A program made the translations under genes and the position numbers. A stretch of 64,000 nt of DNA from Neophaeotheca triangularis (Eukaryota): NCBI GenBank assembly GCA_054600435.1, contig BAAIJX010000008.1, positions 1 through 64,000 of the forward strand, in the 5' to 3' direction. The first letter of the stretch is position 1. Each line of letters starts with the position of its first letter. Below are positions 36,472 to 48,904 of this stretch, piece by piece. The notes beneath the pieces are model-generated. The model searched no databases. It was given only the letters and a program-made list of their open reading frames with translations, and was not told the DNA's origin.

Positions 36472-36900
36472 ATGGCTTCTGTGCCCCGCGATCATCGCTC
36501 GCAAGAGTTCAGGTACTCTCACATTCTGCCACGGTGTCGTTCCATCGTCCTCGCTATCAGGCAGCGTATGGCGTACGAGTCGGCTTTGGCCTCCGGGAAT
36601 GTCAGACCAGCTCTGCTAAGACTCTTCGAAGTCCTCTGCATGTTGCGGGATGCCGCCTGGTACCTCGAGCACGCCGGGAGGAAGAATGAGGGCCTTCTTG
36701 ATAGGAAAGCGGAGCTTATGGACGAATTGATACTTCAACTCGACAACACTGGTCGAGGAAACACATGCCGGTTGCTCCTACTGTCGTTGCGAGCGAGAAT
36801 TTCCTACGAGAGTTTGCCGGCAGTCTTCCCACGGTTCCTGCCACATCGCGACCGTCTTCCTCGCAGGATACTTTACGAACTGGGTGCACGGCTTAAGTAG
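36472..36900 (+). CDS. Possible small hypothetical protein
   Basis: ~142-codon Leu/Arg-rich helical-looking ORF; no recognised motif. Confidence 0.25.
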   Translation: MASVPRDHRSQEFRYSHILPRCRSIVLAIRQRMAYESALASGNVRPALLRLFEVLCMLRDAAWYLEHAGRKNEGLLDRKAELMDELILQLDNTGRGNTCRLLLLSLRARISYESLPAVFPRFLPHRDRLPRRILYELGARLK

Positions 36901-37375
36901 GACGTTTGGTCTGGAAGCAGCGAGTGCGATGGCAGTGATCGTCGACCTTTGAGAAACTCGGTAACGAATGCACAAAGCTCCTTTTGGTATATTCCATCAT
37001 CAATTCTTTGTGTGTGTCATCGACAAGCATAGCTGTAGTCGAGTTGGCCAGCCATTGAGATCTACGTGCCTTCCTAATCGGTACAAGCGGGGATGCAGCC
37101 GCATCTTGGCCGGGCACTTTGTTGTGGAATCCTCTCAATCAGCGCTCGTGGCTGGCCCTATCTACGGTACCTGAGCTACCTCCTACTACCTAGTACGATG
37201 TATCAGTCCAAGCAAGGTACGTCTCCGCACTCGTGCGTCCGTAGGCTGGGAATAACGCTTGGCCGAGAGATAAAAATGACGATGGAGCGAGGCCAAACAC
37301 CCGTGGGCGGCGAGGTGCGAAGTTACCATCACGGATCCATCATGATATATCTATATCAGAGCTTCTCCAATTACA

Positions 37376-37428
37376 TCTCTCTCTGTCTATCTCTCTCTCC
37401 CTCTCTCTCTCTCCCTCCCTCCCTCTCT
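37376..37428. repeat. (CT)n-rich pyrimidine tract upstream of the nuclease gene
   Basis: Seen directly. Confidence 0.85.
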
Positions 37429-37483
37429 GCTCGCCCTTCACCACTGTACCTCACCCAGTGAATATTCACTACTGTCCGAAGCC

Positions 37484-38431
37484 ATGCGTACCACGACAGC
37501 GGCCCTACCACTGGCCTTCGCCTCTCCCGCCGTAGCTTGGGGCGCTCTCGGCCACGCAACAGTCGCCTACGTAGCGCAAAACTTGGTCTCACCCTCAACA
37601 CGCCACTGGGCGCAAAACATCCTCAACGACACCAGCCCCGACTACCTGGCCGGCATCGCCAGCTGGGCGGACGAATACCGCAACACCGACCAAGGCGACT
37701 TCACCTCGCCCTTCCACTACATCAACGGCGACGACCCCGACCCCCCGGAATCCTGCACAATCGTCGCCAGCGACTGCCCACCCGAAGGCTGCGTCGTGTC
37801 GGCCGTGGCAAACTACACGACGCGCGTCCAGGACCGCCGCCTCGACGCCCGCCAGCGCACAAACGCTCTCAGGTTCCTCGTCCACTTCCTCGGCGACATC
37901 GCGCAGCCGCTGCACACCGAGGCGCTGGAGCAGGGCGGCAACGGCATCCAAGTGCTCTACAACGGCACCGAGACGAACTTGCACGCCATCTGGGACACTG
38001 ACATTCTCGAGCAGCTGCGCGGGGGTTCCGAGCTGGCAGACGCGCGGGCTTGGGGGGATGAGCTGACGGTGGAGATTCAGCGCGGGTGCTACAGATCGGA
38101 GAAGAAAGGCTGGCTGTGCGAGCTTGATGTCGAGGATGCTACGGCCACTGCTACGGCGTGGGCGGATGATGCTAATGATCTCGTTTGCAGTGCAGTGCTG
38201 CCCGAGGGCGTGGAGGCTGTCGAGGGCGACGAGTTGTCCGGCGCTTACTATGAGGGCGTCGTGGATGTTGTCGAGTTGCAGATTGCAAAGGCGGGCTATC
38301 GGCTCGCGGCTTGGTTGGATGCCATTGCTGAGCGGTCGGGGAAAGGCTGGCGGCACCCGCATGGCTCGGGTTGGAAGGGCTTTAAAGGTTGGGGGAAGCC
38401 GAAGCATGATGATCAGCCTCCTCTCCACTGA
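37484..38431 (+). CDS. Secreted S1/P1 nuclease
   Basis: Signal peptide then WGALGH, WADEYR, HFLGDIAQPLH, GGN, NLHAIWD, IAKAGYRLAAWL. Confidence 0.94.
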   Translation: MRTTTAALPLAFASPAVAWGALGHATVAYVAQNLVSPSTRHWAQNILNDTSPDYLAGIASWADEYRNTDQGDFTSPFHYINGDDPDPPESCTIVASDCPPEGCVVSAVANYTTRVQDRRLDARQRTNALRFLVHFLGDIAQPLHTEALEQGGNGIQVLYNGTETNLHAIWDTDILEQLRGGSELADARAWGDELTVEIQRGCYRSEKKGWLCELDVEDATATATAWADDANDLVCSAVLPEGVEAVEGDELSGAYYEGVVDVVELQIAKAGYRLAAWLDAIAERSGKGWRHPHGSGWKGFKGWGKPKHDDQPPLH

Positions 38432-38754
38432 GCAGTGCATATGGGTTGGCATAGAGAGGAATGCTTTGCGAGATTAGAGTGGTGGATAGTATTCACAAAA
38501 GGCTAGATGTGTCATGGGAAACCACGCCTGGAGCAGGAGTTGAAGTCACATCTTGGCTGCCAGAAAGTTCTTTCCAACAGAACCGATGTAGCACGTTGAA
38601 CAATATATCTTTCTCAACACGCAATGCCGTCGCCACAGGTACAGTATGAATTTGGCCCAAGGTGTCCACCCTGAGCGCGACAAACCATCTACCCAGAGAA
38701 TTTTCCATGTGGCTAAAACCAATTCACGCAGCTACCCCTTTGCAAAACATCACC

Positions 38755-40790
38755 TCATCCATCAACCTTGGCCTTCAACTGCGCAACCTCATTTGTCAAG
38801 CTCTCAATCTGCTTACCCTGCGCCTGCAACATGCCCCTAATCTCGCCCAGAACCTCCTTCAAACCCCCAGCCGCTGAGCTAGCAGTCGTGGAAGCTGGCT
38901 TGTCAGCTGATTCGCTAGAGGGCATTGAGGATGCTGTAGGAGCGCCGGTCGCAGGCGAAGAAGGCTGCGAAGGCGAAGCGCTCTTGAGTGCTTCGATCTT
39001 CTCTTGAGTTTTCACCTCGGCGTGTGGGGGCGTCTTGGTTCCCGTCTTCTCTTCCTGGTGCGCAGCCGTTGTTGTCGTGGGCTTGCTCTGCAGCACGTCC
39101 ACTTTTTCGGGGTCAGTGCGCTCCGCGTGGGGAGGTGTTTTGGTGCCAGTCTTTTCTTCTTGACGGGACACGCGAGTTGCGGCAGGCTTTTCGACTTTCT
39201 CGAAAGAGCTACTGTCATCTTCCTCATCCGATGACGACTCGGCATCCTTGTCGGCGAACTTGGAAGCCATAGCTGACATGCTGTTCTTGTTGGCTTGCAT
39301 GCTGGGCTGTTCTCGGGGTGCTGCAGCCGCTGGCTCCGGCTCCTTTGCGGCTGGTGGTGCCGCGGCGGGCGTAGAAGCTGGCGCAGGGGCAACCTTGGCA
39401 GGTCGGGGCGGCTCCACTTCCTCGGCGGCAATTTCCTTTGGCGCATTGCCTTCATAGAGATCCTCCATGGAGAGCTTTGGTGGTAGCCCAGTTTTCCCGT
39501 CCAGCCATTCCGAGCTGCTCATGGCTGGCTTCGTACCGACCGCTGGCGGGTAGATGTCGTCCTGGAAAACTTCGGCTCGTCGTGGTACGATAAAGCTAAT
39601 GGGCTCGATGTATTGATCGTTGACAGTCTTGTACGCGCGCATGACCTCGTTCTCGTGGGTGTTGACGCCTCGCCTGGGCATGAAAGCAATACCTCGCTGT
39701 GGGTCGGGCGACTTGTATTCGGAAAGGGGCTCGAACTTGTCGTTGTCGTACTCAAAGTATCTGATGTTGCCGTCTCCCTTGCCTGCAAGATACAAGATCT
39801 GGCAACCGTCGTCCCAGAAAGGCATGCAGACGCCGCTGACCGAATCCAAGTATGTAAAGTCACCTCCAACGGGCTTTGCCGGGTTGCGAACGTCCCAAAG
39901 ACCCAACTGACGGTCGCTCATCCTGCTGAATCCAGTCGTGACGACACGGTCGTGATCGCCCATCCATGCGCAGCGACTGTTCTTCGCGCCTGTGTGTCCT
40001 GGTACCTCATGCGCCGGCTTCTCTTGACGAACGTCCCACCATCTAATCTTCTTGTCGCGCGAGGTGGTCACGAGCATGCTGCCGTTCGCGCTCCATGAGA
40101 GCGATTGGACAATGTCGTTGTGCTTGAGGGAAAGCTTCGATTGACCGTCTTCGAGGTCCCACAGCTTGACGGTGTAGTCGCCGGAAGAGGAAGCCAGAAC
40201 GTTTTCGGCGGCAGGGTTGAAGCACACGTGGCCTACTTTTCTACAAGCATCGTCAGCATCACATCTCCTACTTGTGACCACGTATAGATGGGCATCCCGC
40301 GAGGCAAACTCACCGTGAATGACCGCTCAGTTTGCCCACCGGCGAGACGTCAGTCGGCTCGTCCTGGTCGCTGTGAAGTGAGAAATTCTCGGGCACCTTC
40401 CACAAAAACACCTTCCCATCATCACTCGCGGACGCGACAATGTCGTCGTTGAAGGGCGAGAAGTCGGTATCAAGGACGGCAGCGGTGTGGCCGCGGAAAA
40501 GGGGAAGGACCTCGGGTTCTCTGCCTCGCTCTTCCAGTGGGATGATTGCGAATGCTCCACCGCCGCTAGCTTGCCAGTTGACGGAGAGGTACTTTGGGTT
40601 GACCTTGATCAGGTTGGTGTCCCAGGCGTTGCTGCTGATGCGGAGGTTGTCGTAGCATTGCTCCTTCTTCGTCGGACGACCGAAGACATGGCCTTGTCGC
40701 GAGCGTGTCAGGTAACAGTAGTGACGTGGACCGGGGAAGGAGGGAAGGGGACATACGATATTTCGAGGCTCGAACGAAGCGGCCAGACAT
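38755..40790 (-). CDS. CRN1: Coronin
   Basis: MSGRFVRASKYR-HVFG, WD40 repeats, GKGDGNIRYFE, EPISFIVPRR, C-terminal coiled coil; two introns. Confidence 0.95.
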
Positions 40791-41826
40791 TGGGGCGGGA
40801 GGATGCGCCTAGGCGACGCAGCTTTGGTGTTTCGTTGCACCGAGCAAACGAGCAGTGAATCGATGGTATTGAGAGTGTATTGTATGACGGCAGGTGTGGA
40901 AAGTCTAGAGTGGATGGCGATGAGGTGTCTACGTTGTCGCAAAGAAGCAGCACGAGCGAGCGATCGAGTGGCTTGAGGTAAAGGTACAGTTAAGGTAAGG
41001 TAGTCCACATGGCGCATGCACAGACCTCCGGCCCGGCCTGCTCTATTATCGGGATGAGGCTGAACCGCAAAAGTATCGTGTGGCGCAGGTGCCATATCCA
41101 TATACCTTATCCTTAAGATACCTCCTACCTAGATCCATCTAACCACTACTTTAGCAATGCGACTAGGATGCGTCCAGTCTTTCAAAAAGTGAATTAAGCC
41201 TTGAATACAGTTGCCCCTGCGCTACTGCTTTAGGGGGATATGCCTTTCGCCTTCGCTAGCCCTACTACATCCCCAAGCCTCCCTTGCTCAACCCGTCTCT
41301 TCTCCTCTTCCTCTTCCTCTTTCCCTACAGACAAGGTGAAAGACTCAAGAACAAACTCAAACACAAAATGCGCGCTATCCCCCTCTCGAAACCCAAAAAA
41401 AAGATCCCCCGCTTGAAGTATGCTGGATGCAACCATTCCATCAAACCAAACAATCGATAAACCCCGACATCATTTTTCCCGTCTACCCAGCTTTTTGGCT
41501 CCTCCACCTCCGAGCTGTCATCTGGGCGGGTACTCGATGCTTTGTGTATGCTGCTATTTGTACAAAAAGGCAACGGCCCAATCTCACTGTCCACGGCAGC
41601 CCTGAGCACCATCTGCTGTCGGTGTGTCGGCTGGCATTGGTTATACATTTCAAGTAGCCAGTGGTTATGGTTCCGTGGCGCAAAGAGGAGGGTCACAAAG
41701 GAAAACAGCGAATTTTGGGTATCTCAGTCAGCCGCAATGCCCCGGTTTTGCGCTAGAAGAAGAGAAGCGATAAGCGTTGTCGGAAAGTGCTCGACTGCTT
41801 CCGACAAGTTTCATCAACGCCGAGAA

Positions 41827-43731
41827 CTAGAGAGCAACGTCCAACACCAGGCTGACATCGCTGACTTGCTCGCCTGCCAGATCCTCAAGCACGGGAATCA
41901 GGTCCAGCAGCTCGTTGTCGTGCGCATCGCTGAACCAACTGGAAATCGGCACGGCGTGTTGCGGATGAAAGATGTATGAGGTCGGGGAGTTGTCGATAAT
42001 GATGGTCTCCTGCAGATTGCGGCCGACTTGGCTCAAGTCTTTGACGTAGTTGCCTTGGTGATTGTAGCAACTTTCACGGAATAGACGATGATGCACGACA
42101 TTGTGGATGTCGAGTTGGTCCAAGAGAGGGTCGCCATATTTGCTGACAGAAGCTGTGAAGACAACGACTTCGTACAGTTCCCCGACCCTTTTGAGAAAGG
42201 TATCGACGCCAGGCCGCTTGATTACGTAGACGTTGTGGTACTGGCCTTCGATTTCGACGGGTATAGTGAAGTCCGCGTTGTGGAGAAGCTGCATGGTGGT
42301 CAGTATGAGACTTTGCTACAAAATCAGTCGACATGATGCAGAGAACGAACCTTGAAACTGCTGTGGACCAAAGTCTCGTCAAGGTCGAGGACCAAGCATT
42401 TGCGGCCGCGGTGCTCAGATCTTAGAGCCGGCAAAAGCCATTTTTGGGATTGATCGGGAGTAGAGACCAGCGACGGCTGCTGGCTGGCGTCAGCTGTTAG
42501 AACCGGAGGCGGAGGCGGCGGAAGGTCGACATGGTGACTCGATGACTCTCTTCGCTCACGAGCAGCGGCGTCTTCATGGCTGAATTCGGACGCTTCGTCG
42601 GCAGATAGTGGGACCGAGGGACCCGCATCTGTCATTTCGATGTCGTTGTCACGCTGAGCTTGCTCTGGCGTCCGATCAAGAATCATCGCATCTTCGTTTG
42701 GTACCTCCGTAGTCTGCGTCACTACGGGCGTAGGCGCCTGAACATTAACGTGCGGGTTGGCGTCTGTGGCAGGGGCGTTCGAGTCTAGATTGTTGGTGTT
42801 AAGATGCGGTGGAGCAGAACCTGCTCCCTCTGGGACCATCTTTTCGGAGGCTAGTGGATTGGTCTCCGGATTGGAGTGTACCGGGGGTACTCCAATACTT
42901 GGCTTTGGCACAGGGCTGTCGGCTTGTGTAGAATCAGAAGTTGCCTTCTCGGTCTGTGGACTTGTTGACTGATCAGACGTAGTAGCCGCTCCAGCGCCCT
43001 GCTCATTTTTGCGTTGAAGTGCAGCCTTCTCATCAATCACCTCCTTCGAATCCTCGGCACTTGCATTCTGGTTGCCAGAAGCTTGGTTCTGTTTAACAGA
43101 AGGTGGTTTGGCGCGACTGGGCTGGTTACTCGCGACAGGTTTTGCAGGTTGCGCAGGCTCCTGCTGGCCAACTTCTTGGCCCTCGTCGGGCTTACCGCAG
43201 CAATTCAGAAAGGACAAGAAGCCGCTCTTCTTTTTCGGTCTGGGCTGTTCGGTCGGTGCTGGCCTACCGGAAGACCCAGGACGCGCCGCTTTCTCATTCT
43301 GCGGCCGCTTGCTCCCTGTGCTGGCTCCCCTTTCTCGCCCACTCTGACTGTGCCGTGAACCTCGCTCTACACTTTCGACGGGATCGGCAGTCGAAGTCTG
43401 ATTCTGTGCAGTGTCTGACTGCACGCTGGTCTCCGCGTTCCGCGCTGCCGCTGGTGGACCGCTGCTTGACTCGGCCTCTTGCGCGCCAGTGCCAGCTGCA
43501 GGCGAGGGGTCTCTCGAGGGTGCTTTGGGTGGTGGAGCCAAAGGTTCGGAAGTAGGCGCAGTAGCTATGGCGTTCGCAACAGTCAGATCAAGCTCGAAAA
43601 TAATACACACGGCCACATGTAGAGACCCTAGTCAAGCCAGAAGCGGCTGCTTCGGTGGCAGTGGTTGGGACGAATGACGGCTCACCTGATTTCTGTGCCT
43701 CTGCAGCAGGCTGTGAGCCTTGGTGACTCAT
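41827..43731 (-). CDS. PSR1: Psr1/Psr2-type FCP/SCP (NIF) phosphatase
   Basis: [58 protein letters not shown] motif; two introns. Confidence 0.9.
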
Positions 43732-45970
43732 TGGGGTTATTGCGTGCCCTTCCCGGGCATCTAGATACGTCGATGACAGCTTCACGCGAGCTCTGTGCGG
43801 GTGTATGTGCAGTTGTGCCTTGGACGCGCGCAGGGTATATCTTCTAGCTTGTAGGGGGACTGCGTGGTTGTTGCGAACGAGCGAGAGAGCTTTGCGCGGA
43901 TTGTGGAGTTGGCTGTGCGAGCGCGTAGAAAGTCGAGTATGCCGGAGAAGGCGGAGCGGGCAGGTCGCGGTTGCGGGTGCGGTCGCAATGGGCTTGTGAC
44001 GGCAAGCAAAGCAGCAGTACAGCGGATAAGAAGCGGGAGAGAGCTGACGGCTGGTGGAAGGCGAGTGAGAGCCTTTGCTACCGCAAGCTATGGCAACAGG
44101 GCGGGCGGTGTAGTCGGAGGAGCGGCGCGGTGTGTTGTTGTGGTGGTGTCGGTGGTGGTGGTGGGTGCTGAAGGCTGGCCAGGTGAGGTCGGGGGCGAAG
44201 AGACCGCTAGGTTGTCGAGGCGAGGAAGGGCGTCTGACTCTGGGTGCTAACCGTGCCTAACGTTACTGGGAAGGGAAGCACGGGAGGGAGCACGCTAGCA
44301 AGCCACACCACACCAATCTTGTCCAGCAGCCAATGGGAGCGATGCTGTACATAGTCTGCCAATATTGGTAGTCTTTTATGATGAGAATCAAGGAAGCATT
44401 ATTCAAAACAGCTGTACGTGTGTGTCTACTATGTTCGTAATCATTCGTATCCTTAAGGACCGAACCACCATGTACATACATACTGTATCAGGAGGTATTA
44501 CTGGTAAGGTACCTCGTAGTAAGTAGCAGGTATCGGGAAAGCACGTGGAGACTAATACTCAAGCCTGCACCCGCCACAGATGGCGCTTCCCGAACCGGTC
44601 AACACCCAAGAGATGCAAAGTAAAGTAGTGTATCGAATGTTTACATCTAATTTACCACCGAATAGTAGCTTGTCTCTCTGACTTGCATCCATCTACCGTA
44701 GACCCGATGACAAGCAGTAGACGCAGGGACGACCGTCGCAAACAATCCCACAACTTCTCTGGAATCCCAACTCCAACCGATCACGTCGTGGGACACGGAT
44801 AGATAGGTGCAGGCGAGCGTCGTGATTGGTTGTACATTTGCACAACACCACCTGTTGTTGTCGTTGTAGTTGCTCTCCAGCTCTCCAGAGAATGAGTATT
44901 GCGGTCGTAGATATGCTGCAGCACTAGAAGTGCAGTCCTCGTCCTACTACCTACTGTGGTCGACGGGTACTCGCTCCATGGCGTAGACCTACTATACCTC
45001 CTCACTGCCCAAACCGAGAAACCAAGCTTGCCTTGTAAAGTGCTTTGGTATGTAGCTATCTATATACACATACTGGATATCGTGCTCCCTCTTAGCCTTT
45101 GTCCGCAAACGCCCACCGGCAGCCCGTCCGAAACTGTCAAGCAAGGTGTCAAGTGTCAAAAAAGCGGCAAGACGAGACTGAAAATCTGAGACGAGCGACA
45201 AGTGCTTGCTGCTGAGACCGAGACATGCATTGACACTTTCGACGCCTCCATGTAACCGTGATTGCGGGGTCGAGTCCAGGTTTCTGTTGAGAGGTACGAA
45301 CAAGTTAGGTTGTTCAAGGGATGTATGTATATATTGTAATGAGGACACTGCCCTTGTTCTAGACGTTTGATAATGGGCTTGGACGAGGTTGTTGCGTCCG
45401 TGGCCTCTGCGGTAATTCACAGCAGATGGGTGGGAGTTCGACTTTCTTTACCAATTTCGGGATGTCCATCGGACTGATATTAGGAATCGGTGTTCAAGGA
45501 TTGCTATATACCACCCATCACGAACTTCTGACTAACCCTCCTCTACCCGACCTTCATCTTGTCAAACCAACGCCATGTAACCCAGTCACCCCCTGCACTG
45601 TTCTCAGGTGCGTCCAGTGGTGGGTGACTCCCAAGCCCACCCAAGATTGCAACTTTTCCGCCTGCTCTCTCGGCCGCCCTCCACGCGGTCCGCACTTCGC
45701 AAGAAGTACCATGCAAAAGAACAAGCACATTTTTCTCCCCAACCGCCCGAACGCCTCGCAAAAAGCATGATTATAATTCGCTAGAAGTGCAAATAACCCA
45801 ATGGATTTCGATTGTGTCGAAGTCCCGAACATTTACACGACCGTCCTGAGTCGCTGTCGAAGAAGAAAATTCGTTATTCGTCATGCCCAGTATCGTCAAA
45901 GTCGCTACTGTTTCGGCCGTGGCCAAAGCAGGAGCAAGAAGAAGTCATGTACAGACTGAGAGCCCATCAC

Positions 45971-48214
45971 CTAGCCGTAGATAGCTGTAGGCGTGTGAGC
46001 TTCGGCGAGGTAGCCATCGCGCTTGCCGTAGAGGTAGCCATATCGCAGTGGTGTTGTGGTGGAATGCTCAAAACTATCTCGTCGCTTCGATGAAGCTGGT
46101 GAGTCATGGCGAGGAAAGTATGAACCCTGCTCAAGGAGTGTCGTACGTTCGTTTCCCTCGTCCAATACTATGGCCGGCGAGCTTGTGCCGGAGGTCGGCT
46201 TGTCGCAGCTGCCGTCGGTCTGTCGAGCAGGAACATGCGGAGGCGTGCCAGAAGCGCTGCGAGGGGGCATAGAAACTCCTTTTCCGGTGCCAGGGGTGAA
46301 CTGATTTCGAGTGTCAGCTCGTGATGGGGGATTGCCGCCTCAGACCTTCGCGACTGGTTGGGCCTTGGTGTTGGAGGAACCTACGTAGCAGAATTTTTGG
46401 ACCAGATCTTTGTACTGGTCCGAGCCCATTGCTGGACGGTCCGTCGTAAGTGAATCGGGCCTTTGGGGAGGTTCAAGAGGCTGGCTAGACGCTTCTTTGT
46501 GGTCCACAGTAAAGTATCCAGTGTCCAGTTTGGCAGCAACAGCGCCGTTGCCAGGATCGTTGCGGCCAATCTTGTCCTGCGCGTTGCTAAGCGCTGCCGA
46601 CAGAGACGCACCGAAGTCATAGCGCCCACCCAAACCGTTCGCCTGCTGGGCCGAACCAGTTGGGAAGACACTGCCTCTCTTTGCCCGTGGCTTCAACTTT
46701 ACAGAGCTTGCTGACTCGCCAAGGAAGTTGTCGACAGAGCCGAAGCTGTATGCAGAGTTCGAGTTGAAGCGGCTGGCGAAGTCGTCGTCGAGCGAATCTG
46801 CCGCGCCGCGCGTGGTGGTCAGGGGCGAGTGTCTGCTGCGTGGGATGGCGTTGAGAGGGCGCGCTCCAAGTCCACCAGAGGCAAAGTGCGCAGAAGGTTG
46901 GGAGACATTCTTCACGAAGTCCACTTGATAATTTGTGTTGTCGTTGTTGTCCCAGAACTCCTGTCCACCGACGTTATACCTGACGCAGAGGAGCAACGTC
47001 TTATTCTCAATGTTGGCTTGGTCGGATAGCTTGATGCTGAACGTGAAACGGTCACAGCCGTCGCTTGAGGGATGCCTCAGATCGTTGTGATAGTCAGCCA
47101 CCACTTCAGACGTCGTCTTCCAATAGTCAAGCGTGAATCGGGCCACTACCAGCTTGTGAAAGGATAGGTTCTGCACGGCACATGTGCCAATGAGTACCTG
47201 CTTGTCGGCCGACAAATACATGCGTTCCACTCGCACTGGCTTGGTCTTGCGCTCGAACGAATCCTCGGGAAAATTTGCAAGCTTAATGTCCCATTCAGCC
47301 TTTGGAGCGACAGCCTGGCCAAATGGGTATTCCGTCTCCGTCTCGTATGCCTCGTTTGGTGATGATCCAGCACTGACAGCCATGGGCTTGTCCACCTGCA
47401 AGAAGTGCCGGGTCTGGTTTCCATTGTCGTTGAAATGCACGGATTTCGAGTAAGTTGGTGTTCCAGGCATGCTGGAGTATCGTCGCCTCGAGGATGGCCT
47501 GAGGGCCGGTTTGACAAGCTCTCCTGACTTCTTCCGAACAAGCGAAGGCTTAGACAAAGGATCCTCACCCCCCTCACTATCGTCAGAGGTAGCCGTTGGA
47601 GAATCGGTAAATGAAGTGGTGCGTGGGATCATTATTGCCGTCTCAGTCGACGACCGCGAGTGCGAGATCTTGCGAGCTTCCCTGGAAAGTGCAGTGGGCG
47701 ATGTCGTCTGCGACACTGGTTCCGACTTGGCTGCGTTGTCTTGTTCTTTGACGGGCGAGTTGTCGCGCCTCAAATCTATCGACCGCACCGCTTCATGCAG
47801 TTCGTTCCAAGTCTTCCGCAGATCTCGACCCCTGTCCGCCTGTGACCTGTCATCCCCATCGGAGCCCTCAGGTGACGAGTCAGGCGGAGATATTACGGCG
47901 CCTGTGGGAATCAGAAGGTTGTTTCTAGGAGGCGGAGACTGGCGGACGCTACCATTACAAGCGAAGTCAGTCGCCTTGATGTTCTTTGTTTCGGTGGGCG
48001 AAGTTGGCGCTCCATCCTCTTTTGACGATGCAAAGGAAGGGGAACGGCGGTGTTTGTGGAGGTAGGATGTGGAAGAATGTGATCGAGGCAACTGCGGCCG
48101 GCCGGTCACAGGCGAACGCGGTCCATCTTCGCTAATGGATCCGCTACGGCTCACTGTGGGGCTGGCGGATTTGGAGGAAGCAGGCGACTGCTGGGATGGG
48201 GGCGTATAAGGCAT
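45971..48214 (-). CDS. PP1 glycogen-targeting subunit (Gac1-like, CBM21)
   Basis: RVxF-type KSVHF; CBM21 (VQNLSFHKLVVARFTLDYW...FWDNNDNTNY); intron 46301-46384 links to the last exon ending HTPTAIYG. Confidence 0.9.
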
Positions 48215-48664
48215 TCCTTGGGTCGTGAGTGATCGATAGAACCAGGAATTATTAGGTAGATGGTCGGTGCATCAAGCGTGAGATGAGGTATGGAGTAGAG
48301 TCGGCAATGCTATAAATGATGAGTGGCTTCGTCAGCGCTGCGTCGTCTCTTGTTGATTGACTGTTGCCGTCGCGGCGTGGGTGAGACGACTCACATATCG
48401 TCACGAGCAACAAGCGTGTCTTGCGTGACTGGCTCTTCCTGTTTTCTCTCCTTTCAAAAGAGAGCAGGGAAGGGCAGCGGAGTGGGAATGAAGAATGGTG
48501 TGGCCTGTAGGTTCGAGGACTCAACAGGTATCGGGGATGAAGCGGTCAGCTAGTCAAAGCCGCGCCGGGGGGGTCAATCGCAGGAGTAAGGTGCAGAAGA
48601 GGTCGAACGTGACCTGATCGCACACTTGCTTGGCCTGGATATCCGGGTAAGAATGGAGGAAGGA

Positions 48665-48904
48665 GGGATGGGATGGGATGGGATGGGATGAGGGAGGAGG
48701 ATGAGGCAGCGGCCGAAGGCAGTCGTGCCTCGTGTTGTGCCTGTCGTGTGTAGGAGGTAGTAGTAGTAGTGGGCGAGGTAAGGCTGTCCTGATGCAAGCC
48801 GGAAGCCGGCGGCGTTGGCAGAGATTAAGGTAGTAAGCCCAGGTGCCCTGCCCGGGAGAGGTGATGCTGCGTGCGTGCGTGCGTGCGTGCGTGTGTGTGT
48901 GTGT
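48665..48904. repeat. Microsatellites (GGGAT)5 and (GCGT)n(GT)n upstream of the Gac1-like gene
   Basis: Seen directly at 48665-48690 and 48869-48904. Confidence 0.9.

Noticed and set aside
37595..38452. 285-aa antisense ORF over the S1/P1 nuclease (similar long antisense ORFs lie over GH7, SIS1 and coronin)
   Set aside because: Shadow ORFs caused by GC-rich codon bias of the real gene
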